Both the position numbers and the translations under genes were made by a program. From the human T2T-CHM13v2.0 reference genome, Homo sapiens: a DNA stretch of 64,000 nucleotides. Positions 1 to 12,014 of the stretch are shown here, piece by piece; positions within the stretch are counted from its first letter, which is position 1; each line of letters starts with the position of its first letter. The stretch lies in NCBI RefSeq assembly GCF_009914755.1, contig NC_060934.1, one strand, 5' to 3'. A model generated the notes under the pieces. It was not told where the DNA came from. It did not search any database and saw only the letters and a program-made list of their open reading frames with translations.

Positions 1-1586
1 AGCTTCTTTGCAGCTTTTCACATGTTGTCATTGGCTCTGAAGTAGTTGATTAAATCTCAGTCCCTCAAGCATGCTCATAGACACTTGTAGTAGTTTTGAT
101 ATGTATCTCTTGTTGCCTTGAATTGCTTTTTATCTTCTTTAAACATAACTGACTGGGCTAAAGGGAACCAGAGTCCAAGCCATTCCCTCTAAAGATGTTT
201 TATACCTAGGATTCCAGAAAATTTTCCTCTTATATCTGAAGAAACCAGATGTTTGCACTAACTGGGGAATTGTAGAGTGTGTATGCGTGAATTATCATAC
301 AAAAGCACATTCAAAATTATGTGTCATTATGTTTTAAACATATAAAATAATAGCAAGAAAGAGAACACAAGTAGCTATTATTGTGTTAAAAGCATTGAAT
401 TTTTCATACTCTCAGTAAATTGTATATTTAAGACAGTATACTTAAAAAGTAATAAAACATTAAATAATGATGCATTGACTTGTTTACATTCCCAGGGAAT
501 AACTGCATATAAAACAGAAATCCAGGACAGTTTTAGACTTTGTTAATCTGTTTACCAATTATAAAATATCTAAGAATCACTCCTGAATGTTCCTTTTGGG
601 AGTTGCAATATTGTTTTGAGGAGATCTGAATCACCTTTTACTTGTTGAAGAAAAATTGTTCACAAAGATTAACATGTGGATACCCAAAATGTCATATTAC
701 CATTGTGTATTTTGGTAAATCAATGTTTATATTTCACTTTTGTTGAATTTAATAAATTTGAATTTCAAAATCTAATTTCAAAGGAAGGCAATTAAATATT
801 AAAACTGTTATCTCAAATAAAAACACTAATAATGATGTTATGATAAGAAGAAATTCATCCTCATTCTGATGGAAAAATTAATTGCCATTACAAAATGAAA
901 TTAACCTGAATCATCTGGTTTTGTTTGTTTGTTTGTTTTCCAGTCAGAAGTGAAGAAAAGAAAAGACTCTTATCTTCTTTCTTTCTTTGATTCCCCTGGT
1001 TCTTTCTTCTTCTCTAAGCTTATCTGATTGACCAAGCTGCTTAATAAAATACTATTGCAACATTTAAAAATATAAGTACTTGTATAATATTATGCTACAA
1101 GATACAAATGTAGCATGGAATAAATGAAAATAAATATTTAGATAATATGAATTCAATAAATAGGACGTCAGATTTTGGAATTCTTTCTTTACTGTAATAA
1201 TTCATTACACCTACTGTGGATCAAAGACTTTTTCTGAGATTTTTGAAATTTTATTTACTGTATTACATGTTAATTTACTAACAAGCACAATTGAAAGCAG
1301 AGACAAAAATAAACTCACATTAGGAATTTTCTAGCTACATATAGGTATATCACGAACATGTCAAAATTTGAAGAGAAAAGCAAAAATATTTGTAAAGGAT
1401 ACATAATTACAGATTTATTAGATCACTTTAAAAATCTTGAGTAAATATTGCCTTTAATGTAGAAAATTCATACACATACCATTATGATAAAACTCAAGGG
1501 AGTCAAAGAATTACATGACAGTAAATGATTCCATATACATAAATAAAGAAAATTTACGTGTTTGGCCTAAACAATGTCGTATATGT

Positions 1587-1651
1587 AAAACAAGGCAGCT
1601 TTCCGGGATGCCAAAATTGTCACTCTAGAATTGCAGAGGCATTGGGGAAAA
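1587..1651 (+). repeat. 65-bp inverted repeat, arm 1 (partner 5999-6063)
   Basis: aaaacaaggcagctttccgggatgcc...gcagaggcattggggaaaa is the reverse complement of 5999-6063, with one mismatch at 1602. Confidence 0.97.
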
Positions 1652-1960
1652 CTGCCAGTCTGTGAGGAAGATCAAGATAGTCACATGGAGAGGTCACGTG
1701 GAAGGACAGATTACCAATGGAAAGATAGATTATGATTCCTCTCTTTTAGTTCAGCCATTTCAGTCTAAGTGAAAGAAAGTGAAGAAGCTTCTTGATGACT
1801 CCAATATCAGCTACCATCTAACTGCCACTATATGAGGGACTCCAAATGACAACAATTTAGTTTGGCCCATCAATACCCAAAATCATTAGAGATAATAATA
1901 TATTATTTTAAGCCATTAAGTTTTATGACAGTTATTATGTAGAAACACATAACCAGAATA
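1652..1960 (+). mobile_element. MaLR LTR fragment (MLT1H-like), 3' part
   Basis: ctgtgaggaag...cacatggagaggtcacgtgg...agagataataa...ttttaagccattaagtttt...tatgtag...ataaccagaata resembles the MLT1 3' half. It may extend upstream to about 1555. Confidence 0.7.
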
Positions 1961-2085
1961 TATATGGCTCTAATTACAAGAAAGACAAAATTTTTGAAGT
2001 TTCTGTGTAGGTTAATAACTAAAGGCTGCTTGCAACAGATTCCCTCTGTCTCTGCCTGTCTAGCCCACTCTATCTTCTTCCTCTG

Positions 2086-2087
<2 letters not shown>

Positions 2088-2121
<34 letters not shown>

Positions 2122-2310
2122 TATATATATACACGTATATAGATATGCATATATATGTATAGATATATACGTATATAGATATGCATATCTCTGTATATAG
2201 ATATGCATATATATGCATATATATACGTATATATACGTAGATATGCACATCTATATACATATATGCGCACATGTATCTATTTAAATATCTATATCTACAC
2301 ATATATCTAC
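2088..2310. repeat. (TA)n microsatellite grading into a degenerate ATATAGATATGCAT-type low-complexity repeat
   Basis: Direct inspection. It explains the YIYI-rich ORFs at 1903-2302. Confidence 0.95.
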
Positions 2311-2734
2311 AAACACATATTTATAAATAGCATTGTTCTCAGACTGTCAAAATAAAATTTGGATCTAAAGTGAAAAGCAGTGTAAAGTGGAGGGTAAAAT
2401 ATATTAACAATGACAGTGAATATAAATTTGATTGACTATCAACTTGACTGTGAAGTTTCTAGCACCATAAGTCAAATAAAATAAAATACTGTATATTTCT
2501 CATTATTAAAATAAAAGAAACACACTAACTACACAAGATATGTATAATTTACCTAGACTCAAAGGGAAATTTTGTTTTAATGGTGGATATTACACAGGTC
2601 ACTAACCAACATAAAAACAGTCTCTGCCACTACTCATGAGTAATTTTTATATCACACCCAGAAGTCATAAAAGAAGATAATATGAAATATAAATTCAGAA
2701 ATAAAATTTTAAAAAACTGAAAACTTTCTTCAAG

Positions 2735-3130
2735 CCATGTATCAAGTATTAATTTCCTTAATATTTGAGGAGTTATTAAAAATTAATTTTAAAATGTGAT
2801 ACTGGTCTGAGAAAGCATTTCACAAAAAAAAATGAAGCTACTTTAAATATATGAAAATATGCTCATCTCACTATTGTATTGGAGAATGCAAGTTAAAATA
2901 AAAAAGGATGCATTGTCTTCAAATCTCTAGCAAAGATAACATAGATCCAATGATATACCCCAAGGTGGAGGATGTCCCTTTCATTTCACTGTTGATGTGA
3001 ATCTCCATGGTCATCGAAGGGCAATTCTGAAATAACTATCCAGCATGTCCATCTCTAGGACTCCATCCTACATAAATACTTGCATACATTTGCAAGTATT
3101 TCTATAAAAAAGATGGTCATTAACCAATTA
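2735..3130 (+). mobile_element. Old L1M (L1ME-like) ORF2 3' fragment
   Basis: gcatttcacaaaa...aaatatatgaaaatatgctcatctcact...gagaatgcaagttaaaa resembles the end of L1 ORF2. Confidence 0.55.
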
Positions 3131-3626
3131 TTATTAATATAGTATTTTAGTCTAAAAAGTGATCTTTTATTAATAATACTAAAAGTAATATTTGACAATG
3201 CAAACATTGAAGTGGTATGTAATGCGTGGCAAAATACAACTATATATCTAATTTTGGAGCGATTTCTAAGATTTCTTCTTAGGTGTACAAATTAACGTAC
3301 AAATCAGTATAATTTTTATTTCCTCACTGGTGTAAAAGAGAAACATGGCTGGCTGTGTGCATGTCCACATATATTTTTGGAGGAAATCGTGAGAAACTAT
3401 TAACAATAACATATCTGTAAAATAGAATAGATAAATTATAATCGGAAGCTGATTCATTTTTACATAAACTTTTTTATTTGATTTTTTAAAATATCGTGCC
3501 ATTATTTTTGAACTAAAGTAAGAAGAACAAAATAATTTCCAAATGGCTTCCAAATGACTTCAACAAACTAACAAATATGATCCAAGACCTGGATATTTTC
3601 ATGGCTGAATTTAATGCATTTTACAA

Positions 3627-3850
3627 CAGTGGTTTTAAATCACATTCCAGAGAGCCCTAGGATCGCTGATAGTTACCTGGTCCCAGTGTGGAGGCTGAAA
3701 GGGAGGAAACATGGTCAGAATTATGCTAAATATGGCCCACTCTCACCAGCTTCGATCAAACCATGTCACTTTTTATATTATAATTGAAGTGACACAAAAT
3801 ATTTTGTTTGAATGGAAAATTTTCACTGTTAGAAAAATTTGAAAATTCCT
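3627..3850 (+). mobile_element. hAT-Charlie MITE (MER112-like)
   Basis: cagtggttttaaa...ttccagagagccctagg...agcttcgatcaaacc...aaaaatttgaaaa matches the MER112 layout and termini. Confidence 0.6.
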
Positions 3851-5998
3851 AACATAAGCGAACACATTAATAACATATCCCCTAGCTGTCAACTGTGCTA
3901 CATAACAACAGTTGGATAGTTCTATTTTAAACTACATAATTCCATACAGATAAAGAGCTCTTTCTGAAATGTGACAGCTGTATATATGTATAAGTAAAGT
4001 CTCACACACCTATACCTCTCTTGTTTGAATATATTTTGACTATGGTTCAGTATCTAGGAAAACATAGGCACTTTAAGAGCCAAATTTCCAAACAGGAAAA
4101 ATACAAAACCAAAATGTTTTTCATTTAATTCTGTAAGGTTGTCTGGGTTTTACAAAACGGTTAGCAGTCATTTCACATCAGCCTGCCACATTGATTGAAG
4201 AACAAATTACTGGAACATATAACTTCATAGAACACACCGTGGTATTTTTTTTTAATACGGAGAGCTTTCTATTTTCAAGTTTTGGCTTAGTTTCCAATGT
4301 CTATGTTTGGATCATTAAATTTCCTTTCTAATTGCAGCTAAATATGTCTTCTACCTCACTTCACTTCTGGCTATTATTTAAAATGCATTTGGCTCAAATA
4401 TTTGATTACAAAATGAACAATCTGTTTGCCTGTATGTGTCAGACACATTATTGTGTCTTCTTCCCCGTCAAAATCAGAAAAATAGTGGTCTGCGGAATAG
4501 ATGACTTTTACTGACAATTTTCTCTTCCTATGTTCTGTAGCTTGGGCAGGAACGTTTTTCAGATGCTCTTGGAAACACCGCTTCACAAATATCAGTCTCT
4601 CCCGCCAAGCCAAATTCCTATAAATTGGGACTTCTTCCCCATATGTTTAACATTATTTTTAACCAGGATTGCCTACTGGATTCTTCATTGGATTCATTCT
4701 AGATCTATAACTCTTAGGAGCTGATCCTTCTCTGATGGCTGGTTGACCTTCATTTCTGTGCTTAATTTTCATTAACATTGTTCACTCTCTCTGAATCCTG
4801 TTGACTTGCCACTGTACTTTCCTATCCCCAAGGCAACTGATGGTTTCTTTGTTCTGTGCTCCACTGAGTTACAAGATAAGACTTAAACTTCTGTCTGTCT
4901 GGATGGAGGTATTTTTATAGGATCTTCAAACAAATTAACAGGGTTTTTAGATTTTGCTGGGTTAATAATGAGAAGAAATGGTTTAAGTCCTAAATGCTAT
5001 TCTATATGTACAATTACAGGGATTCTTTATTAGAAACTGATTAATATTAATGAGGAACTTATTGTTAATCAAAAATCCATACCTCCAGAGACTATGGTTT
5101 TACTAAAAAATTAAAGAAATGGAAGATAAAAACTCCACATATACTGTGGTGCACTTAATTTTTATGGAATATCAACCAGTTCCTAGACTAAATTTTACCA
5201 ATATATTGGATAGAGCAATAACATTTAGTTTGTGGGAATATATTAAACTTTAATGTCTCCCCCATCATTTGGAACTGAGCCACTGGAAATTTGCAAGCCA
5301 TATTGGGGGTTTGGGAGAAAAATTCAGAAATTATCAGATATGAGTTCCTTCTCTGAATGATAATTGTGGGAAATCACCTCATTGAATGAAGGATGAAGAC
5401 CATGACTAAAAATAATGATTGCATTTCTTTCTTATAACTGGGTTCATATATTTGCATATGAACATTCAAACAATAACAAGAAGAATAATGTGTAGGGTAA
5501 ATGAACTCCCAATGATGAATCAACCTTTTTCAGAGTCAGTAGCTTACATTTCAGTTTCCCTAAGGGAGAGTTTAAAAAAAGTGAATGGGGTGAGGAGAGT
5601 CGAAGAAATGTCAGCATGCTGTGTGAGAAGAGGGAAGAAGTGAAGACCTGTCAACTGAGGTGGAAAAATAGAGAGGACATGGAATATATTCAGCAAAGCA
5701 ACTCTGTTAGACAAGCCAGTGAACACTACAGTGATTTTTTTTTCATTTTAAGAGATAATTCAGCCTCAAACTCAAATATTGTTGCTAAATTCTAAAGTAT
5801 GTCTCTGTTATAGTCAGTTTCACCATCTAAACTTTTCCATTTCTAATTTGCGACTGTATTATTCCTTTGAGACATAAAATGATGGTTAATAAATATAAAA
5901 TGAAAATGAAATAAGGCAGTCTCGAGTTAAAAATAGAAATATGTGGAGTTGTTAACAGAAATTCTACAAAATATTCATATATCTCATATTAAACTAGA

Positions 5999-6063
5999 TT
6001 TTCCCCAATGCCTCTGCAATTCTAGAGTGACAATTTTGGCATCCCGGGAAGCTGCCTTGTTTT
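5999..6063 (-). repeat. 65-bp inverted repeat, arm 2 (partner 1587-1651)
   Basis: ttttccccaatgcctctgcaattctagagtgacaattttggcatcccgggaagctgccttgtttt. Confidence 0.97.
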
Positions 6064-7397
6064 TCTTATCTTCATAAGAGAAATATCAAGTTACCTACAA
6101 AAACCTCTTGAACAATGAAGTCTAATTTTCAGCAACTCTCATACATATCATCAAACCAACAGTTGAAACAACCCTAAAGTCCTATCTTTGAAGCTCTAGG
6201 AGAAATATTAAATACCAAAAAATGCCATATCGGTGAAACATTTTAAAAATAAATATCCAAAAATCACTTGATAATCTCTTGCAAAATGTTGAATAAATTA
6301 TAAATCTTGTTTCAATAGTAAAATTTTAAAATATTAAATTGTTTTAATAAGATTTTTAAGAATATTTTTAGATTTACAGAAAAATTAGGAGCAGATTACA
6401 AAGAGTTTCCTTATACTGCATGTGAGATGTTATTACAGGCACAACTCAGAGATATTGCGGGTTTAGTTCCAGACCACTGCAACAAAGCTAATATTGCAAT
6501 TAAGCAAGTCACATGAGTTTTTTTTTCTTTTTTTGGTCTTCCAAGACATATAAAATTTATGGTTGCATTATACTGTAGTCTATTAATTATATAATAGCGT
6601 TATGTCTAAAAAACAAGGTATACACCTTAATTAAAAAATACATCTTTGCAAAAAAGTGTGAATGATCATCTGAGTCCTCAGTGAATCCTAATCTTTTTTG
6701 CTTGTGAAGGGTTTTGGCTTGATGATGATGGCTGTTGACTGGTGGCTGCTGAACGCTGGGGTGGCTATGACAATTCATTAGGTAAATCAATAATGAAGTT
6801 TGCCACATTAATTGAGTATTCCTTTCACAAAAGATTTCTCTGTAGCATATAATGACGTTTGATAGCATTTTTCCAACAGTTGAACTTCTTTCAAAATTGG
6901 AGTCAAGTCTTCTTAGTGTTGATATTTTGAGTTCCTTCCATGAATCATGACTATACTTGATAGCATCTAGAGTGGCAAATAACGTTTTCAATTTACTTTA
7001 CCCAGATCTGTCAGAGGGATCAGTTTCTACTGCAGCTACAGCATTATAAAATGCATTTCTAAAATAATGAGACTTAAAGTAAAAATTACTCCTTAATTTA
7101 TGGGCTAAAGAATGGATGCTGTGTGAACACACATAAAAACAACATTAATCTCTTTGTACATCTCCATCAGAGCTCTTGGGTGACCAGGTGCATTGTCAAT
7201 GAGCAGTAGTAATATTTCAAAAGTCGGTCTCAACCCTTAAGCTTAAAACATTCAGTGAATCATTGTGAAAACAGATGTACAATCTTTGCTGTTTCATTTA
7301 CAGAGCACAGGTGTAGCAGATCTAACATTAAGACTTAAGGACCCTGGATTTTCAGAATGGCAAGTGTGCATTGGTTTCAACTTAGTTACCAGCTGCA

Positions 7398-7694
7398 TTA
7401 GCCCAATAACAAGAAAGTCAGCCTATCCTTTGAAGCTTTCCAGCCAGGCATTGACTTCTCCTCTCTAGCTATGAAAGTCCTAGAGGGTATCTTCCTCCAA
7501 TACAAGACCGTTTTGTCTACACCGAAGATCTGTTTAGTGTAGCCACACTTATCAACTATCTTAGCTAGATCATCTGGATAACTGGCTGTAGCTTCTACAT
7601 CAGGACTTGTGACTTCACCTTGAATTTTTATGTTACAGAGACAGCTTTTTTTTTTTTTTAACCTCATGAACCAACCTTCTCCAGCTTCCAACAC
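7398..7694 (-). pseudogene. Decayed Tigger1 (pogo/CENP-B family) transposase fragment
   Basis: The translation [73 protein letters not shown] resembles the start of the Tigger1/TIGD1 DDE domain. The C-terminal FERSSTVGKMLSN..CYREIF is at 6587-6991. The frame is broken by stops, frameshifts and an Alu. Confidence 0.85.
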
Positions 7695-7883
7695 ATCTTC
7701 TGCACATCTCTCTCTGGCTTCATAGAATTGATGAGTTAGGGACTTGTTCTGTATTAGGCTTTGGTTTAAGTCAATGTTGGATTGGTTTGATCTTCTGTTC
7801 GGATGACTAAAATTTTCTCCATCTCAGAAATAAAGCTCTGTTTTGCTTTCTTGTTTTTCTTGCATTCACTAAAGTAGCAATTT

Positions 7884-8185
7884 GCTTCTTTTTTGGGGGG
7901 TGGGGGGATGGAGTCTTGCCCTGTCGCCCAGGATGGATTGGAATGGAGCAATCTTGGCTCACTGCAACCTCCGCCTCCCAGATTCAAGTGATTCTCTTGC
8001 CTCAGCCTCCTGAGTAGTGGGGATTACAGGCATGCACCACCACACCCGCCTAATTTTTTGTATATTTAGTAGAGACAAGGTTTCAACATGTTGGCCAGGC
8101 TGGTCTCAAACTCCTGACCTTGTGATCTACCCTCCTCAGCCTCCCAAAGTGCTGGGATTACAAGCATGAGTCACCACGCCCTGCC
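7884..8185 (-). mobile_element. AluS (Sg/Sc-like) inserted in Tigger1
   Basis: Full dimeric Alu, antisense. Imperfect TSD aagtagca(a/t)ttt at about 7872-7883 and 8188-8199. A G-run expansion lies between tail and body. Confidence 0.95.
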
Positions 8186-9374
8186 AGAAGTAGCATTTTT
8201 AATATTCTTCAATAATTTTTCCTCAACATTCACAACCCGGCTAACTGTTTGGCCTAAGAGGCCTAGCTTTCAGCCTATCTTGGCTTTCTACATGTCGTTC
8301 TCCTTAACCATTTTTAGCTTTTGATTTAAAGTAACAGACATGCAACTCTTCCTTTCATTGCAACTCTTAGAGGCCATTGTAGGGTTATTAACTGGTTTAG
8401 TTTCATTATAGTTGTGAATCAGCTGATAGAGGGAATTAAGAGACCTCGGGAAAGAGTCTTGGTGCAATCAGAACACACATTTATTTATTACGTTCAGTCT
8501 TACATGGCATGTTTTGTGGTGCCCCAACACAAATGAAATAGTAACATTAAAGATCACTGAACACAGATCACCAAAATGAATATAATAATGCAAAAGTTTG
8601 AAATACTGCAAGAATTACTAAAATGTGGCAGAAACATAGAGTGAGCACATTCTCTTGGAAAAATGGTGGTGATAGACTTGCTAAAAGTGAGGTTGGCACA
8701 GACCTTCAATTTGTAAAAGAAATGCAATAGTTGCAAAGTGCAATAAAACAAAGTATGCTTGTATTAACATTTTATGTTATTATGGTGCATTTGTCACAAT
8801 TATTTTTAACTAAAGTTCATCTTTCACACAAATTTCCTTAGTTTATACCTAAGGAAAACTAAGGTATAGTTTTTTGTTCCAGCATCCAATCCAGGATTCC
8901 ACAGTATAGTTGGTCCTCATGTCTCCTTAGGATCCTGTTTGAGCCTTTGCAATCAAATGTGGAGGAAATACATTTTGATTTATGTCCATCAAAATAAAAT
9001 GATCAAAGAAATATTGCTATTTAATTTACATATGAGCAGATAGTCAGGCCAAGCATTAATATATTTCACCATAGGTAAATAAATATTTTTGGTTGCTGAT
9101 ATAAAATATATTGTATTTAAAAGTTGGTTAAATAAACAAAATTTATTTAAAACATTTTTTAGACTGTTTCATAGTAAAATTTGTAGAAGGCATTTGCAAA
9201 TTAATATAAATAAATAACAGAAACTGAAACAAAAACTATTTAGCCCTCTTACAAGTCAGACATACTCTAGTGCTTTTAATGTATTAGCTCATTTAGTCCT
9301 CTCAACAATTAAAATTATTTTTCTTATTTTTGAGAAATCCATAGCATGCAGCAAGTATCAATCTAAGAACTAAA

Positions 9375-9414
<40 letters not shown>
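9375..9414. repeat. (TG)n microsatellite
   Basis: Direct inspection. Confidence 0.97.
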
Positions 9415-9416
<2 letters not shown>

Positions 9417-9568
9417 TTTTGTTTTTACTGAATTTTAACTTTTTGTTTTAATGAAAGTCCAAGGGCTTATGAGTTCAGAGATCATCTTGAATACTGTTCT
9501 TAGCATGATCATCATGTTAGAATAACTTGGGGCTTTAAATATAACACCAATATAGAGCCTTAGTCAGA

Positions 9569-9749
9569 CTGATGGTCCTCAAATTTAGGTATAAATCAAA
9601 ATTATGAGAAAGATTAAGATCACTGATTGCTAGGTCCCACCCTCAGGGGTTCTGATTCGGTAGATCTGGAGGGGATCCCAATAATTCATATTTCAAACAA
9701 ATGCCCTGGTAATAACATTAGTCTAGACACCACACTGTAGGAACTACTG
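9569..9749 (+). mobile_element. MER5A (hAT-Charlie)
   Basis: gattgctaggtcccaccctcaggggttctgattcggtagatctgg...tttcaaacaaatgccctggt...accacactgtaggaactactg. Confidence 0.75.
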
Positions 9750-9887
9750 ACTCAGAATACTAAAGCAGAATCTCTAGAACTGGTGGAACTAAAGCCTAAG
9801 CAAAATTTGTTGTTATTTGTTATTTTTGTTTTATGAAATTTTGCAACCATACAAAACTAAGGGGAGAATGAACCCCCATGTAACAAC

Positions 9888-10590
9888 TGTAAACTGAGAG
9901 ACCAAAACAGATGCTCTTTCATCAACTAAGACAGACCCTAAGGTTAAGGAAACAAAAGTTACCTATGGGTCAACGTTTCAGGGCCCATCTGGCATGGCAC
10001 AATGAAGAATTTTCTGAATTCCTTAAACTACAAGAAAACCCACACTTTTGCTGAACTCTCTAACAATAGGGGCTATCAGTCAAATTATCAGATTCCTCCT
10101 AAATCTGACTTACAACCCAGATCACAACTCTGATTGGACCAATGACTGGCCTTACATGCATTCTTTTTGGATAAGCAACTATAGACCTTAAACCAGGTTC
10201 AGCAACTCATAGAAGCTGTGCACAAATGTCTTTTTGTCCTATAGTTCACATTTTAAAGTAAGAGCCAAATGCCACCTCATTTTAATGTCAAAATCCCACC
10301 CAAAAGTGAACATGGGATACATGTTACATATATGTTTTCCCATTTCACATGTGCTTGCCTCCCCTTACAAATATATATAACTTTTTTTTTCTCCAAATAT
10401 GCAGAATATTTGTGACCCCATTGTGTCATAGGGACCCTGTGAGGCATAAAACCCAACCAGCCCCTTCCCTCTTTGAAGAGAGAGCATCTTCAGTCCATGC
10501 CAGAGACTATGTCTTCCAGGTTTGTTAGCGCATATCACCAACAAAGCCCTCTTTTCTACTATATAGCCATGTTGACTTCTTTGGACAATA
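9888..10590 (+). mobile_element. ERV1 solo LTR (MER39-like), inserted in an old L1MC 3' UTR fragment (about 9830-10800, minus strand)
   Basis: About 700 bp starting tgtaaac...atcaactaagacagaccctaaggttaaggaaacaaaagttacct, with TATA-like gcataaaa. The flanks gaatgaacccccatgta and ccagcttctacaac...aagcaaatcccaga join into L1MC sequence. Confidence 0.75.
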
Positions 10591-11564
10591 GAATCAACCA
10601 GCTTCTACAACTATAACACTATTTTTTTTTTATGTTACTACTATTCTTTCTTTCCCACTTTGGTCTCACTTTCTTTTCTTCCCTCTTCTTTTCCCTTCAT
10701 ATTTGTTTCTTGATGCTCTTTTTTATTTTATTTATTTATTTTTATTTCTGAAGTCTATTTGAAAGCAAATCCCAGATGTGATTTCCCTTATACAAAATTT
10801 ATATGAATTTCTAAGTGAGAAGGCTTTAAAGCAATAAGAACAAAACAAAAGCAAAAACAAAAACAAACTACCACACCCTGGTTAATTACAAGATAGAATT
10901 AAAGCGCACCCTGCCCCAGATCTCAATATACAGCCAGGATTGAAAGCCTCCAATTCTAGTCCTACCTTCCTATTTTACATGAAAGAGACTTGCTTGAAGC
11001 CATTGAGAATATTGGCTGGAGGACTAAAATTAGATGTTTATCTCCTAATTCCTCAACTTGTAAAACATCTTCCAGTAGAAAATTAAAAAAAAAAAAACTT
11101 TAAAGAGAAAGAAAGTTAAGTGTAATATAATTAAAGAAGTAACGGTAAGCAGAGTGCTAATTGTCTTGTCTTTGGATTGTGTTTGGATATATTATAAAAA
11201 TCAACAAACATCAACAATTTTGTCTCTATACATGTGCTCATTTATCAGTATCTTCTGGTGTGCTGGAAATTTGATTTAGTTAGAACACCTGGCTTTAGGT
11301 TCGCACTCAACCATATACTTGCTTCCTGCACCAAATTCTAAAACAAATCACTTCCTTAAGTTTCAGTTTCTTAACTTGGGCAACGTGAATTGTAATAATA
11401 TTTAACTATGAAAATAAATGTTAAAGATCTTTATAAAATAACAATCACAATTAAAAAGCAGACAAATTGAAAAAAATGATTATCAAAGGGATTGCTTCAG
11501 TTTCCTTATTTGGTCATGACTTTGTTTTAGGGACTACTGATGACTACAGACATTTCTATTTAAC

Positions 11565-11567
<3 letters not shown>

Positions 11568-11620
<53 letters not shown>

Positions 11621-11625
11621 AGAGA
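11568..11625. repeat. Compound (TG)n(AG)n microsatellite
   Basis: Direct inspection. Confidence 0.97.
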
Positions 11626-11971
11626 CTACGTACGTTTTAATGTGTAGTTTTCTATGGGTTCTAACTTTAATGCGTTATAAACCTGTTTTCAGTCTTAATT
11701 GTTTTGTCTGGCTTTAAAATTCCCAGCTACTGATAGTTAAATCTGATATTCAGACTATTATGCAATTTTCTAATATTTTGATTTCCTCCTTTATAGATCA
11801 TTACATGTGAAACAGACCATTGCTTCCTAGTTTACTGAAATGTGCTGAAATACATTGAAAATAAATTTTAAAAGTCACAATAAGTCCCCTTAAGAAGATA
11901 AATGGAATACATTAACATTTTTTATCTTAATTTTCTTAAACTTGCCAGACATGGGTATTTGTAATTTTTTA

Positions 11972-12014
11972 AGCCTATAGAATTTTCTCTAGCCTATAGA
12001 GTTTTCTCTAGCCT
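11972..12014. repeat. 19-bp tandem duplication
   Basis: agcctatagaattttctct / agcctatagagttttctct / agcct. Confidence 0.9.

Larger units (their letters stand above)
6436..8761 (-). mobile_element. Tigger1 DNA transposon (TcMar-Tigger), both ends present, internally deleted, interrupted by an Alu
   Basis: Ends are caggcacaactcagagatattgcgg and caataaaacaaagtatgcttg. TA TSDs lie at 6434-6435 and 8762-8763. Transposase peptides appear in the ORF track. An internal deletion of roughly 300 bp lies near 6915. Confidence 0.93.
6340..8940 (-). mobile_element. Old L1MB/MC 3' UTR fragment (about 6340-6433 and 8762-8940) split by Tigger1
   Basis: ttttagatttacagaaaaatt...agagtttcc on the left continues on the right as tattaacat...atggtgcatttgtcacaat...taaagttcat...ccaggattccaca...gtctccttag. 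Confidence 0.6.

Noticed and set aside
1903-2302. Four overlapping ORFs rich in Y/I/C/M
   Set aside because: They are translations of the (TA)n low-complexity tract.
1587-6063. The 65-bp inverted repeats as TIRs of a new 4.5-kb DNA transposon
   Set aside because: No TSD and no transposase, and the interior holds ancient host repeats while the arms are nearly identical.
6587-7694. Possible domesticated TIGD1-like gene
   Set aside because: Fragmented by stops, frameshifts, a large deletion and an Alu; an ordinary Tigger1 fossil.
7895-7907. G-run next to the Alu tail as a G-quadruplex
   Set aside because: Only two G tracts; consistent with slippage at the Alu 3' end.
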